Shown here piece after piece: positions 50,478 through 59,247 of a stretch of 64,000 bases of DNA. The DNA is from an uncultured bacterium (GTDB lineage: Bacteria; Krumholzibacteriota; Krumholzibacteriia; LZORAL124-64-63), in the NCBI GenBank assembly GCA_963727525.1, contig CAVSGO010000007.1, forward strand, positions 1,088,001-1,152,000, in the 5' to 3' direction. Positions within the stretch are counted from its first letter, which is position 1, and each line of letters begins with the position of its first letter. Under the pieces are notes generated by a model that was given only the letters and a program-made list of their open reading frames with translations, was not told the DNA's origin and made no database searches. The translations under genes were made by a program, and so were the position numbers.

Positions 50478-50898
50478 CTCCGAAGGGATTGCGCGGCTTC
50501 TTCGGCAAGCTCCCCAGTTCCTGGTCCATGCGGTCGAGCTTGTCGCGGCGCCGCTTCTCGAACTCGCCGCCCTCGAAGAGGCGGGCCATCTTTTCGGATT
50601 CTTCCTGCTTGCGGCGGCCGAACTCGGCGAGGTCGGCGGCCATGGCGTCGGCGCGCTCGGACTCGAGGTCTTCCACGACCAGATGGTTGCGGATCTCGAG
50701 GTGGGTATCGAACGCGCTCTCCACCAGCGTCGCTGCGCCCAGCTCCTGCAGAGCCGCGGCGTGCAGGCGGATGGTGGCCTCGGGAAGATCGAGAAGCTCG
50801 GCGACCTCCGCCGGCCGTGGCGGGCGGCCGAGGCGGTGGGCCTGCACGCGGATCGCCGCGAGCAGCAGGTGAGCGTCTTGCTGGCTGATACGCGTCAC
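50464..50898 (-). CDS. Small protein with N-terminal winged-helix-like domain and C-terminal coiled coil
   Basis: LGRPPRPAEVAELLDLPEATIRLHAAALQELG resembles a wHTH. Charged helical C-terminus. GTG start behind GGAGGTG. Confidence 0.75.
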   Translation of the reverse strand: MTRISQQDAHLLLAAIRVQAHRLGRPPRPAEVAELLDLPEATIRLHAAALQELGAATLVESAFDTHLEIRNHLVVEDLESERADAMAADLAEFGRRKQEESEKMARLFEGGEFEKRRRDKLDRMDQELGSLPKKPRNPFGGEEG

Positions 50899-50972
50899 GG
50901 TGACACCTCCGGGGCGAGAGAGCGACGCGAAAGAAGGTAGCGGCTGGTCTGCCTCGCGGCAACGGCGGTCGC

Positions 50973-52187
50973 TCAGTGCAGGCGGGCGCGGAGACGCGCC
51001 ACGCGCCGCGCGTCGCCGAGGCTCTCCGCGTGCGCGAGCGCCCGGGCAAGGTCGCCGAGGCGATGCTCGTAGAGGATCGCCGCCTCGCGCAGTAGGCGCC
51101 GCTCGTCGGGATAGCGCACGAGGGCCGCCTCGATCGCACGCGCGATGCGCACCCAGTCGCCGACGCGTTTGAGGATGCGGACCGCATCGAGATAGAAGCG
51201 TAGCGGTAATGCGAGGTCGGCGGGCGGCATCACGCCGATTCCGGCGTCGTCGCAAGCGCGGCCGATCCAGGCGCCGGCCGTGGCGGGCTCGTGGCGCCGC
51301 TCGCAGACCTTCCCACGCGCCCAGGCGTCCTGCCAGGTGCCAGACCAGAGTTCCTGCGGTCGCGGCACGGGCGCGAGGTGAGCGGCGGCGTCCATCACCT
51401 CGCGCAGGATGTGCCCCATGCCGCGCAGGTCGCGTCGGTTGTGCCGCAGCACGGTAGGCAACAGCCCGGGCGCGTCCTCCCGCAGGTACTGGAAATAGGC
51501 GTGCGGGATGAGAGCGCCGTCGATGTCGCCCGCGGCGCGCGCCAATCCGCACAGGGCGGTCTCGGCGGTCTGTTGCCGGCAGTCCGGCAGCCGTGGGCCC
51601 CAGAATCGGCGCACGGCCGTGAGCAGATCCCAGCTCACGAGGTCGGCGAGCCCGTCGCCCCGACGTGCGAGGAGGGCGCGCGTGCGCAGGAGCGGCAGGT
51701 CGAAGCTCCCGCCGTTGTAGGTGACCACCACACGGAAACGTGCGGCGGCCGCATGCAGCACGTGCAGCAGCGGCGCCTCGCAACCAGGTCCCGGCAGGAA
51801 GAGCTGTTCGATGGCAAAGGCGCCGTCGTCCCGCCACCAGGCGAGTCCAACGAGAAACGCGAGGCTGCCGGTGCCGCCCGCCAGACCCGTGGTCTCTGTG
51901 TCGAGGAACAGCATCTCCTGCGGGCGCAGGTCGGCGGGCCGCCCCGCCGGGAAGACGCCCCCGATGTCGGGAAGCGGCAGGGACGGTACCGCCGGCGCCG
52001 TACCCACCTGCGTCCTGACCCAGGCATTGCCATCGGGCGTCGCGCACACCGTCAGTCCGAGTTCGTCCCGCGGGTTCGCGCGGTCGCCGGCCGGCTCCGC
52101 AACGGACGGCGCCGTGGCCGCGTCGGGCTCGGACGCGGGCTTGCGGGTGAGCTGGTCCAGGCGAGCGAGGCGTGCCTTGAGATCCAC
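50973..52187 (-). CDS. RNase_H_2/DnaQ-like exonuclease with TPR-like C-terminus (YprB/MrfB-like)
   Basis: LFLDTETTGLAGG, VTYNGGSFDLP, DIDGALIP, HNRRDL, AILYEHR. Confidence 0.88.
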   Translation of the reverse strand: MDLKARLARLDQLTRKPASEPDAATAPSVAEPAGDRANPRDELGLTVCATPDGNAWVRTQVGTAPAVPSLPLPDIGGVFPAGRPADLRPQEMLFLDTETTGLAGGTGSLAFLVGLAWWRDDGAFAIEQLFLPGPGCEAPLLHVLHAAAARFRVVVTYNGGSFDLPLLRTRALLARRGDGLADLVSWDLLTAVRRFWGPRLPDCRQQTAETALCGLARAAGDIDGALIPHAYFQYLREDAPGLLPTVLRHNRRDLRGMGHILREVMDAAAHLAPVPRPQELWSGTWQDAWARGKVCERRHEPATAGAWIGRACDDAGIGVMPPADLALPLRFYLDAVRILKRVGDWVRIARAIEAALVRYPDERRLLREAAILYEHRLGDLARALAHAESLGDARRVARLRARLH

Positions 52188-52199
52188 GCTACTGCACTC

Positions 52200-54515
52200 C
52201 TAGTTCGGCGAGAACGGCTGCGGTGCCGGCATTTCCGCCGACTCCTGGCCCGCCGCGTGCGTGAGCAGCCACGTGGCGCCACGCTTGGCGCCGTCGCCCG
52301 ACTCCACCACGGCGCCCACGCACGACGGGCAGCCGAGTGCGCACGGGCAGCGCTGCACGTGCTGGAGAGCGGCGGCGCGGATCTCGTCGAACTGGAGCCA
52401 GATGCGCCGCGCGAAGCCCACGCCGCCGGGCACCGCATCATAGAGATACAGCGTCGGCCGGTCCGTGAACGGCGAGCGCACCATGGCCTGCGCGTGCAGA
52501 TCCTTCACGTCGGCCATCACGAAGACGGGCGCCACCATGCCGAGCAGGTGCGCGAGCCCCTTGAGGGCATCGCCGAGGTCGAGCCCGTCGCGCGCCATCG
52601 CGCCACTCAGGTCAGCCGGCAGTTCCCACCAGAAGCTCGTGGTGTGCATCTCCATCTCGGGCAAGTTCACGCGACCTGCCCCCACGTTCTCGTGCGTGCC
52701 GAGCTTGATCTTCTTGTAGACCGTGACCTTGTCGATGAGCCCGATCTCGCCGAGCACCAGGTCCCCGACGTGGGTGTCCGGACGCGACTCCTCGGCGGTG
52801 AGCGTCTTTAGCTCGACCTTTCGCTGGGCATCCGTGTAGTAGTCCACCGACACCGGCCGCACGTACGCCTTGCGCCGCTGCCAGTCGAGTTGGTCGACGT
52901 GGTACTGCTGGGCTCCGTGCATGTACACGGCCTCGTCGTGCAGCATCTCCTGCGCACTGAATAGGTCCATCTCACCGATGATGCGGCCGTCGGCCACCGA
53001 CGTGTCGACGATCACGACATTGTCCGGCGCGGCCGCGCGCAGGCTCACTTCCTCGGCGGGATACGTATCGGCCATCCAGTGGTACCGCCCCTGGGCGGCG
53101 TGGAGCACGCGCTGGTCGGCGAGGTACTCGAGCACCTCCGTCACGCGGCGGCCGCCGTACGCCTCGTCGGCCTGGAAAGGCAGCTCGAACGCCGCGCATT
53201 TCACATGGCTCATCAGGATGACGAGGTTGTCGGGATCGAGAGTGGCGTGCTCGGGCGAGCGCCCGAAGAACCACTGCGGATTGCCGACGATGTACTGGTC
53301 GGCCGGACTCGACGTGGCCACCATGACGACGGCGCTCAGGGCGTGACGTCGGCCCGCGCGTCCGGCCTGCTGCCAGGTGGATGCCACGGTGCCTGCATAG
53401 CCGCACATCACGCACACGTCGAGGCGTCCGATATCGATACCCAGCTCCAGCGCGTTGGTCGAGACCACGGCCTTAATCGAACCATCGCGCAGTCCGCGCT
53501 CGATGGCGCGCCTCTCGGTGGGCAGGTAGCCACCGCGATAGCCGCGCACCTCGCCGCTACGGATGCCGACCCGACGCCCCGCACGCTGCAGATACGTGAG
53601 CAGCAGCTCCACGCGCGCCCGGCTGCGCGCGAAGACGATGGTCTGCGCGCCGGCGCTGAGGAACCGCTCGGCGATCGCGCGGGTCTCCTTCACGGCCGAG
53701 CGCCGGATGCCGAGCTCCGCATTGACCACGGGCGGGTTGTAAAAGATGAAGTGCTTCTCACCCTGCGGCGCGCCGTTGTCGTCGACGACGTCCATTTCGT
53801 GCGCCGTGAGCGCGGTCGCCAGCTCGCCCGGGTTGGCGATGGTGGCCGAGCAACAGATGAATTGCGGCTTCGCGCCATAGAACGACGCGATACGTACGAG
53901 CCGACGTAGCACATTGGCGACGTGGCTGCCGAAGACGCCGCGGTAGTGGTGCACCTCGTCCACAACGACGTAGCGCAGGTTCTCGAAGAGCTTCACCCAC
54001 AGCGTGTGATGCGGCAGGATGCCCTGGTGCAGCATGTCGGGATTGGTGACGACGATGTGGCCGCTGCTGCGGATGGCCCGCCGCGCCGTCTCCGGAGTGT
54101 CGCCATCGAAGGTGTGTACCTTGATGTCGACGCCGAGGGCGTCGACCAGCGCATGGGCCTCGTGCATCTGATCCTGGCTCAGAGCCTTTGTCGGGAACAG
54201 GTAGAGCGCACGCGCTTGCGGATCGCGCAGGATCGTATCGAAGACGGGCAGATTGTAGCAGATTGTCTTGCCCGAGGCCGTCGGAGTGGGCACGACCACC
54301 GAGCGCCCGGCCAGCGCGCGCTGCACCGCCTGGGCCTGGTGCGTGTAGAGCTGCTCCACGCCGCGCGCACGCAGCACGTCCACGAGACGCGGATCGAGCG
54401 CCGCCGGGAACGGCGCGTGGCGCGCCGGACGCGCCGGTAGCACCTCCCAGCGCGTCACATGGCGCGTGAAATCGGGATCACGGCTCAGGTGGTCCAGGAG
54501 CTGGGCAAGCGTCAT
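52200..54515 (-). CDS. DEAH-box helicase with DUF1998 Zn-binding domain (YprA/MrfA/Hrq1-like)
   Basis: LYTHQ, PTASGKT, DEVHHYRGVFG, SATIAN, STNALELGIDIG, QQAGRAGRR, YDAVPGGVG, CPCALGCPSC. Confidence 0.95.
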   Translation of the reverse strand: MTLAQLLDHLSRDPDFTRHVTRWEVLPARPARHAPFPAALDPRLVDVLRARGVEQLYTHQAQAVQRALAGRSVVVPTPTASGKTICYNLPVFDTILRDPQARALYLFPTKALSQDQMHEAHALVDALGVDIKVHTFDGDTPETARRAIRSSGHIVVTNPDMLHQGILPHHTLWVKLFENLRYVVVDEVHHYRGVFGSHVANVLRRLVRIASFYGAKPQFICCSATIANPGELATALTAHEMDVVDDNGAPQGEKHFIFYNPPVVNAELGIRRSAVKETRAIAERFLSAGAQTIVFARSRARVELLLTYLQRAGRRVGIRSGEVRGYRGGYLPTERRAIERGLRDGSIKAVVSTNALELGIDIGRLDVCVMCGYAGTVASTWQQAGRAGRRHALSAVVMVATSSPADQYIVGNPQWFFGRSPEHATLDPDNLVILMSHVKCAAFELPFQADEAYGGRRVTEVLEYLADQRVLHAAQGRYHWMADTYPAEEVSLRAAAPDNVVIVDTSVADGRIIGEMDLFSAQEMLHDEAVYMHGAQQYHVDQLDWQRRKAYVRPVSVDYYTDAQRKVELKTLTAEESRPDTHVGDLVLGEIGLIDKVTVYKKIKLGTHENVGAGRVNLPEMEMHTTSFWWELPADLSGAMARDGLDLGDALKGLAHLLGMVAPVFVMADVKDLHAQAMVRSPFTDRPTLYLYDAVPGGVGFARRIWLQFDEIRAAALQHVQRCPCALGCPSCVGAVVESGDGAKRGATWLLTHAAGQESAEMPAPQPFSPN

Positions 54516-54583
54516 CACGGCCTCTCCATCCGCAGGCAAGGAATCGATCACGGACCGGGCGGCGGGAGGAGCCGGGACCAGGC

Positions 54584-54829
54584 TCAGGAGTGGGGCTTCT
54601 TCCCCTCGTCGTCGTCGTCATCCGCGAGATTCCGGCGCGCCTCGTCCAGCTCCTTCTTCACCTCGTGCGAAGCGTCGCTGGTGGCAGTCTTGAACTTGCG
54701 GATGGACTTGCCCAGGGCGTCGGCGATCTCCGGTAGTCGGCGCGGGCCAAACACGACCAGGACCAGGACCAGGATGACCAGCAATTCCGGCCAGCCGATC
54801 GGTCCGATGAACGCCAGGATTGGGCTCAT
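54584..54829 (-). CDS. tatA: Twin-arginine translocase subunit TatA/E
   Basis: [37 protein letters not shown]. Confidence 0.93.
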   Translation of the reverse strand: MSPILAFIGPIGWPELLVILVLVLVVFGPRRLPEIADALGKSIRKFKTATSDASHEVKKELDEARRNLADDDDDEGKKPHS

Positions 54830-54848
54830 GCCAGGTTTCTCCCGTGGT

Positions 54849-55112
54849 TCAGCGGTACCAGCGCAGCATCTGCGACGCAATGAACACGCCCACCACGCTC
54901 ATCAGGTTGAAGTGAATCTTGAAGCCGAAGGTGATGTCGAGGATCACGAGATTCCAGTGGTTCACCTCGGGGCCGAACGACACGTAACGCACGAACACCT
55001 GTTCCGCCACGCTGCCTTCCTTGAGGAAGAGCCCGATGACCTCGCTGAACGCCGCACCGATGAGCACGCCGAGCAACAACACCACCACGACCCGTCCCAG
55101 GGCTTGCCGCAT
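54849..55112 (-). CDS. DUF4321-like small membrane protein
   Basis: Two TM segments and the motif [21 protein letters not shown]. Family name is from recall. Confidence 0.75.
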   Translation of the reverse strand: MRQALGRVVVVLLLGVLIGAAFSEVIGLFLKEGSVAEQVFVRYVSFGPEVNHWNLVILDITFGFKIHFNLMSVVGVFIASQMLRWYR

Positions 55113-55154
55113 GCGTCCCGTCTTCCCGCCTCATCGCACCAGAACTCGTAACCA

Positions 55155-55198
55155 CGAACGATCGTTCGCAATATAGAGCCGATGGCGATGCGGTCCAA
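55155..55198 (-). promoter_or_regulatory. Sigma70 promoter of the DUF4321-tatA-helicase-exonuclease run with a palindromic operator at the start site
   Basis: Minus strand TTGGAC-N17-TATATT (55198-55170), followed by the perfect palindrome CGAACGATCGTTCG (55155-55168). Confidence 0.6.
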
Positions 55199-55347
55199 CC
55201 CCAAATACGCGGGTGCCCCGGTCCGTTCCGCCAACTCCATGTTAGCATGTTCGCCATTTATTCGCAACGATCATCTCGCGAATACCGACATCGCTTCGGG
55301 ATTTCATAAGACTACGTACCACCTTTATTGTGAGGAAATTTTATGTA

Positions 55348-55376
55348 TTGCCACTCCTTCACTCATCCCCTATACT
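55348..55376 (+). promoter_or_regulatory. Sigma70-type promoter for the secreted protein at 55435
   Basis: TTGCCA-N17-TATACT with an AT-rich upstream region. Confidence 0.7.
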
Positions 55377-55434
55377 CAATTCGCTCGGTGGGAGTGAACC
55401 CAGGACATGTTCGGGGATTTGGAGGAGGACTTCG

Positions 55435-55938
55435 ATGAAGACGTTGTTGATGCTTCCGTTGATCTTGATGCTGGCATCGCTTGCCGTGGCCGATCCCGTG
55501 TTGAACGACACGTGCGACAGCGCGGCGTACCTCGCCAACATACACCACGATTTTTCGATCAATCTTTGCGACTACTCGAATGACTACACGATGCCCGACG
55601 GCAGCTGCGTGGACGGCAACGGTGCCGGTCCCGACGCTGTCTATCGCTGGACGTTCCCGGGCACCGAGGCCGCGCAGGTCACGGCCGAGACCGAGAGCGG
55701 CATGCCGGTGTCGATGTATCTGATCACCGACTGCGGCGATCCTGCCGGCTCGTGCGTGGCAGGAAGCACGTCCACGGCCGACACGCCGGCGCTCATCGAC
55801 TTCTCGGGCCTCCACGGGGCGCTCTACTTCCTCGTCATCGACACCGAGGGTGAATGCGACGTCGTCAACGTCGGACTCTCGGGCGCGGTGGCGACGGATA
55901 CGCCCAGCTGGAGTACGGTGAAGTCCCTGTACCGCTAG
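55435..55938 (+). CDS. Small secreted Cys-containing protein with C-terminal 'SWSTVKSLYR' motif
   Basis: GGAGGAGG RBS, signal peptide MKTLLMLPLILMLASLAVA, NDTC, GPDAVY, YFLVID (pre-peptidase-like beta domain). Confidence 0.85.
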   Translation: MKTLLMLPLILMLASLAVADPVLNDTCDSAAYLANIHHDFSINLCDYSNDYTMPDGSCVDGNGAGPDAVYRWTFPGTEAAQVTAETESGMPVSMYLITDCGDPAGSCVAGSTSTADTPALIDFSGLHGALYFLVIDTEGECDVVNVGLSGAVATDTPSWSTVKSLYR

Positions 55939-55962
55939 TTTGCTCGATTTCGACGCAGGTTC

Positions 55963-55997
55963 AAGCGGCGACCGGTCCCTGACCGGTCGCCGTTTTC
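55963..55997 (+). terminator. Intrinsic terminator
   Basis: AAGCGGCGACCGGTC-CCT-GACCGGTCGCCG-TTTTC. Confidence 0.85.
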
Positions 55998-56000
55998 TTG

Positions 56001-57227
56001 GGTTGTACCTGCGAAATTGTGCATGGCCCGGTGCTTGCCTGACCCGAGGCCATGTGCTCACCGACTTCGCCCTCAGCTCAACCCTGGTCCCCGCCTCACT
56101 GCCCCAACCCCAACTGCCACCACCACCACCACATGCACGGCCCCTGGCCCTTCCTCAGGCGCGGGTACTTCCGACGACTCAACCCGCCCCACCTCGTCCC
56201 CCGCTTCCAGTGCCGACACTGCGGCCGATCCTTCTCCAAACAGACCTTCTCCACCACCTACTGGCTCAAGAAGCCGCTTCTGCTGCCCCTGATCCTCGAT
56301 CTCTCCGTCAACGCCATGGCCAACCGCCAGGCGGCCCGGACGCTCAAATGTGCTCCCGCGACCGCCGATCTCCAGCTCGCCCGCCTCGGCCGCCACTGCC
56401 TGCTCTTTCAGCGACACATGCTCACCGGAGCGTCTCCTCCCGCTGACATCGCCATCGATGGCTTCGTCACCTTCGAGTACAGCCAGGACTACCCGTTCGA
56501 GTTCCTGGTCGCCGTCAACCGGGACAACAGCTTCATCGAGCACTTCACCGAGGCGCCGAAGCGGCGTAGCGGCCGGATGAGCGAGGCCCAGAAGATGCGT
56601 CGAGCGGCGCTCGAAGCCGCGTTCGGGACGCCTGACCCGAAAGCTGTCGAGCAAGGGATGCGCGAGGTGCTCGAGGTCACCCTGGCGGGGGCCACCGTGG
56701 CGACGGTGCATAGCGACGAGCATCAGGCCTATCCGCGGGCGATGCGGGGACTGGCCGTTGAAATCGACCACCAGACGATCAGTTCGCGGGCGAAGCGGGA
56801 TGCCCGCAATCCGCTGTTCGAGATCAATGCGCTGGATGCATTCATCCGGCACAGTCGGGCGGATCATCGGCGGGAGACGATCGCGTTCGCACGGCGCCGT
56901 CAGGCCGCGGCGGAGCGATTCGCGGTGTTCGTGGTGTGGAAGAACTTCGTGAAGAAGCGCTGGGAGAAGCGGTGCTGGTCGACGCCGGCGATGTTGCGGG
57001 GGCTGGTGGCGCGGCGGTTGACGGTGGCAGACATCCTGGAGACGCGGTTGTTTCCGGGGCGGATCGGGTTGCCTGAGAGGTGGCGGGAGTACTACTGGGG
57101 TCTGGTGGAGACGCCGGTGGTGGGGGTGAATCGGCGGCACGAGCTGAAGTACGCGTTCTAGAAGCGGATGCCGCGGTCGGTGAATTCCGGCCGCGGAACC
57201 AGTATGCACAATTTCGCGGGTACAACC
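56001..57227 (+). mobile_element. Insertion sequence, copy 2 (IS1/IS1595-like)
   Basis: 24-bp IRs GGTTGTACC(T/C)GCGAAATTGTGCAT at 56001-56024 and 57204-57227. Confidence 0.93.
56052..57161 (+). CDS. Transposase (IS1-like), second copy
   Basis: 369 aa, differing from the 4888-5997 copy at 5 residues found by eye, all in the C-terminal ~60%. Confidence 0.88.
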   Translation: MCSPTSPSAQPWSPPHCPNPNCHHHHHMHGPWPFLRRGYFRRLNPPHLVPRFQCRHCGRSFSKQTFSTTYWLKKPLLLPLILDLSVNAMANRQAARTLKCAPATADLQLARLGRHCLLFQRHMLTGASPPADIAIDGFVTFEYSQDYPFEFLVAVNRDNSFIEHFTEAPKRRSGRMSEAQKMRRAALEAAFGTPDPKAVEQGMREVLEVTLAGATVATVHSDEHQAYPRAMRGLAVEIDHQTISSRAKRDARNPLFEINALDAFIRHSRADHRRETIAFARRRQAAAERFAVFVVWKNFVKKRWEKRCWSTPAMLRGLVARRLTVADILETRLFPGRIGLPERWREYYWGLVETPVVGVNRRHELKYAF

Positions 57228-57236
57228 GAAAAATTA

Positions 57237-57264
57237 TTGCTTCAGCAATGATTGCTGATATACT
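57237..57264 (+). promoter_or_regulatory. Sigma70 promoter with palindromic operator for the marR-ablA operon
   Basis: TTGCTT-N16-TATACT. The spacer is filled by the inverted repeat TCAGCAAT-G-ATTGCTGA (57242-57258). Confidence 0.75.
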
Positions 57265-57318
57265 TTTATATCTGCCAACGTTTCAGACCAGATCGGACCC
57301 GAGGAGAGCCCCGGAATC

Positions 57319-57882
57319 ATGCCGAGCATTTTCCCCGATCCCTCGCCGCAGGGACCAGACACGGCGGCGGCGGTCGATGCCAGCGTCGATCGCCGCGTCC
57401 TGACGGCGCTGCGTCAGATCATCCGCGCCGTCGACCTCTACTCGCGGCGCCTCGTGGAACAGTTCCGGGTGACGGGACCGCAGCTCGTCTGCCTGAATCA
57501 GCTCGCGGAGGCCGAGGTCCTGACGGTGACGGAGCTGGCCCGTCGCGTGCAACTCAGCCCGAGTACCGTGGTCCGCATCCTCGATCGGCTCGAGGCCCGC
57601 GCGTTCGTGACCCGGACGCGTTCGGTCAGCGATCGCCGTGTGGTCGCCGTGGCCATCACGCCAGTGGGCCGACAGCTCTCCCAGGTGACGCCCTACGCGG
57701 GCCAGCATCCCCTGCGGCAGGCGCTGCAGACTCTGGATCCCGCCGATCGCGCCCGTATCGCCGACGACCTTGAGCACCTGGTCACGGCGATGGATGCGCC
57801 GTCCGTCGAGGCGGTCGAGGAGAGCCTCGGACTGCCGCCTCTCGTCACGGGCACGACTCCCAACTCGACCGCCGACCACTAG
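57319..57882 (+). CDS. MarR-family regulator (EctR/CosR-like)
   Basis: LTALRQIIRAVDLYSRRL...VTGPQLVCL...LSPSTVVRILDRLE...RSVSDRRVV. Confidence 0.9.
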   Translation: MPSIFPDPSPQGPDTAAAVDASVDRRVLTALRQIIRAVDLYSRRLVEQFRVTGPQLVCLNQLAEAEVLTVTELARRVQLSPSTVVRILDRLEARAFVTRTRSVSDRRVVAVAITPVGRQLSQVTPYAGQHPLRQALQTLDPADRARIADDLEHLVTAMDAPSVEAVEESLGLPPLVTGTTPNSTADH

Positions 57883-57933
57883 GCACCTCAGCTCGCTCTG
57901 CGCGGAATCGCGCGATAGTACGAAGGAGATCGC

Positions 57934-59247
57934 ATGAGTACGCTCTCGGCGCGCCAGCAAGAGCTCGTCAGCCTCATAGGGGACGGGGCCGCCGCCCCCC
58001 AGTGGCGCGATTGGCGCTGGCAGTTGCGGCACAGCATCCGTGACATCGATACGTTCGAACACCTGCTCGGAATCACGTTTCCGCCTCGTGCTCATCGTGA
58101 TCTCACACTCACGCTCGCGCGGTTCCCCCTGGCGGTGACGCCCTACTATCTATCCCTGATCGATACCGACGACTACGCCAATGATCCGGTGTACAAGCAA
58201 GCGTTTCCCCAGTCGGCCGAGCTGGTCATCAACGAGCACGACATGATCGACCCGCTGGCGGAGGACGAGGACAGCCCTGTTCCTTGCATCACCCATCGCT
58301 ATCCCGATCGGGTGCTCTTCCTCGTGAGCGGCGTATGCGCGATGTACTGCCGCCATTGCACGCGCAAGCGCAAGGTGGGCGATGCGGACACGAACCCCGA
58401 CCGCGCAACGCTGCAACGCGCCATCGACTACATCCGCCGCACGCCGCAGATCCGGGACGTCCTCATCTCGGGCGGCGATCCGTTCCTGCTCTCCGACGAA
58501 CGGCTCGACTGGATCCTCGGCGAGCTGCGCACCATCGCCCATGTCGAGGTCGTGCGCATCGGCACGCGTACGCCGGTCGTGTTGCCGTACCGCATCACCG
58601 ACGATCTGGTGGCGATGCTGCGCCGCCATCATCCCATCTGGATCAACACGCACTTCAATCACCCGCGCGAGATCACCCGTAGCGCAAAGGAAGCACTGGC
58701 GCGCCTGGCCGACGCAGGCATCCCGCTCGGCAACCAGTCGGTGCTGCTAGCCGGCGTGAACGATTGCCCGCGCATCATGAAGGCCCTCGTCCACAAGCTC
58801 GTCATGAATCGTGTGCGCCCATATTACCTGTACCAGTGCGATCTTTCGGAGGGGCTGAGCCACTTCCGCACGCCGGTGGGCAAGGGCATCGAGATCATGG
58901 AGAGCCTCATCGGACATACGAGCGGCTTCGCCGTGCCGACCTACGTCATCGACGCGCCCGGCGGCGGTGGCAAGATCCGGGTTAGCCCCAACTACCTCAT
59001 CTCCTGGTCCACCAACAAGGTCGTGCTGCGCAACTACGAGGGCGTCATCACCACCTACACCGAACCGGATTCCTACAAGTTGAACTTCTGCGACCGCCAC
59101 TGCGAGACGTGCGACCTGCAGCTCCCGCTCGCGGACGCCGACGAGGCCAACGCCCAGGGCATTGCCCAGCTCCTCAGCGATGCAGACGACACCATCGCCC
59201 TGACACCGGCCACGAACGAACGCCACCAGCGGCGCGACGGCGCATGA
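57934..59247 (+). CDS. ablA: Lysine 2,3-aminomutase (radical SAM/PLP)
   Basis: [62 protein letters not shown]. Confidence 0.95.
   Translation: MSTLSARQQELVSLIGDGAAAPQWRDWRWQLRHSIRDIDTFEHLLGITFPPRAHRDLTLTLARFPLAVTPYYLSLIDTDDYANDPVYKQAFPQSAELVINEHDMIDPLAEDEDSPVPCITHRYPDRVLFLVSGVCAMYCRHCTRKRKVGDADTNPDRATLQRAIDYIRRTPQIRDVLISGGDPFLLSDERLDWILGELRTIAHVEVVRIGTRTPVVLPYRITDDLVAMLRRHHPIWINTHFNHPREITRSAKEALARLADAGIPLGNQSVLLAGVNDCPRIMKALVHKLVMNRVRPYYLYQCDLSEGLSHFRTPVGKGIEIMESLIGHTSGFAVPTYVIDAPGGGGKIRVSPNYLISWSTNKVVLRNYEGVITTYTEPDSYKLNFCDRHCETCDLQLPLADADEANAQGIAQLLSDADDTIALTPATNERHQRRDGA

Noticed and set aside
4821-57227. Composite transposon or genomic island bounded by the two IS copies
   Set aside because: The enclosed 50 kb is core housekeeping content, and no shared target duplication flanks the pair.
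57934-59247. EpmB (EF-P beta-lysylation) assignment for the aminomutase, given efp in the window
   Set aside because: It is a long KamA/AblA-type protein in an operon with AblB, 50 kb from efp, and no epmA is seen.
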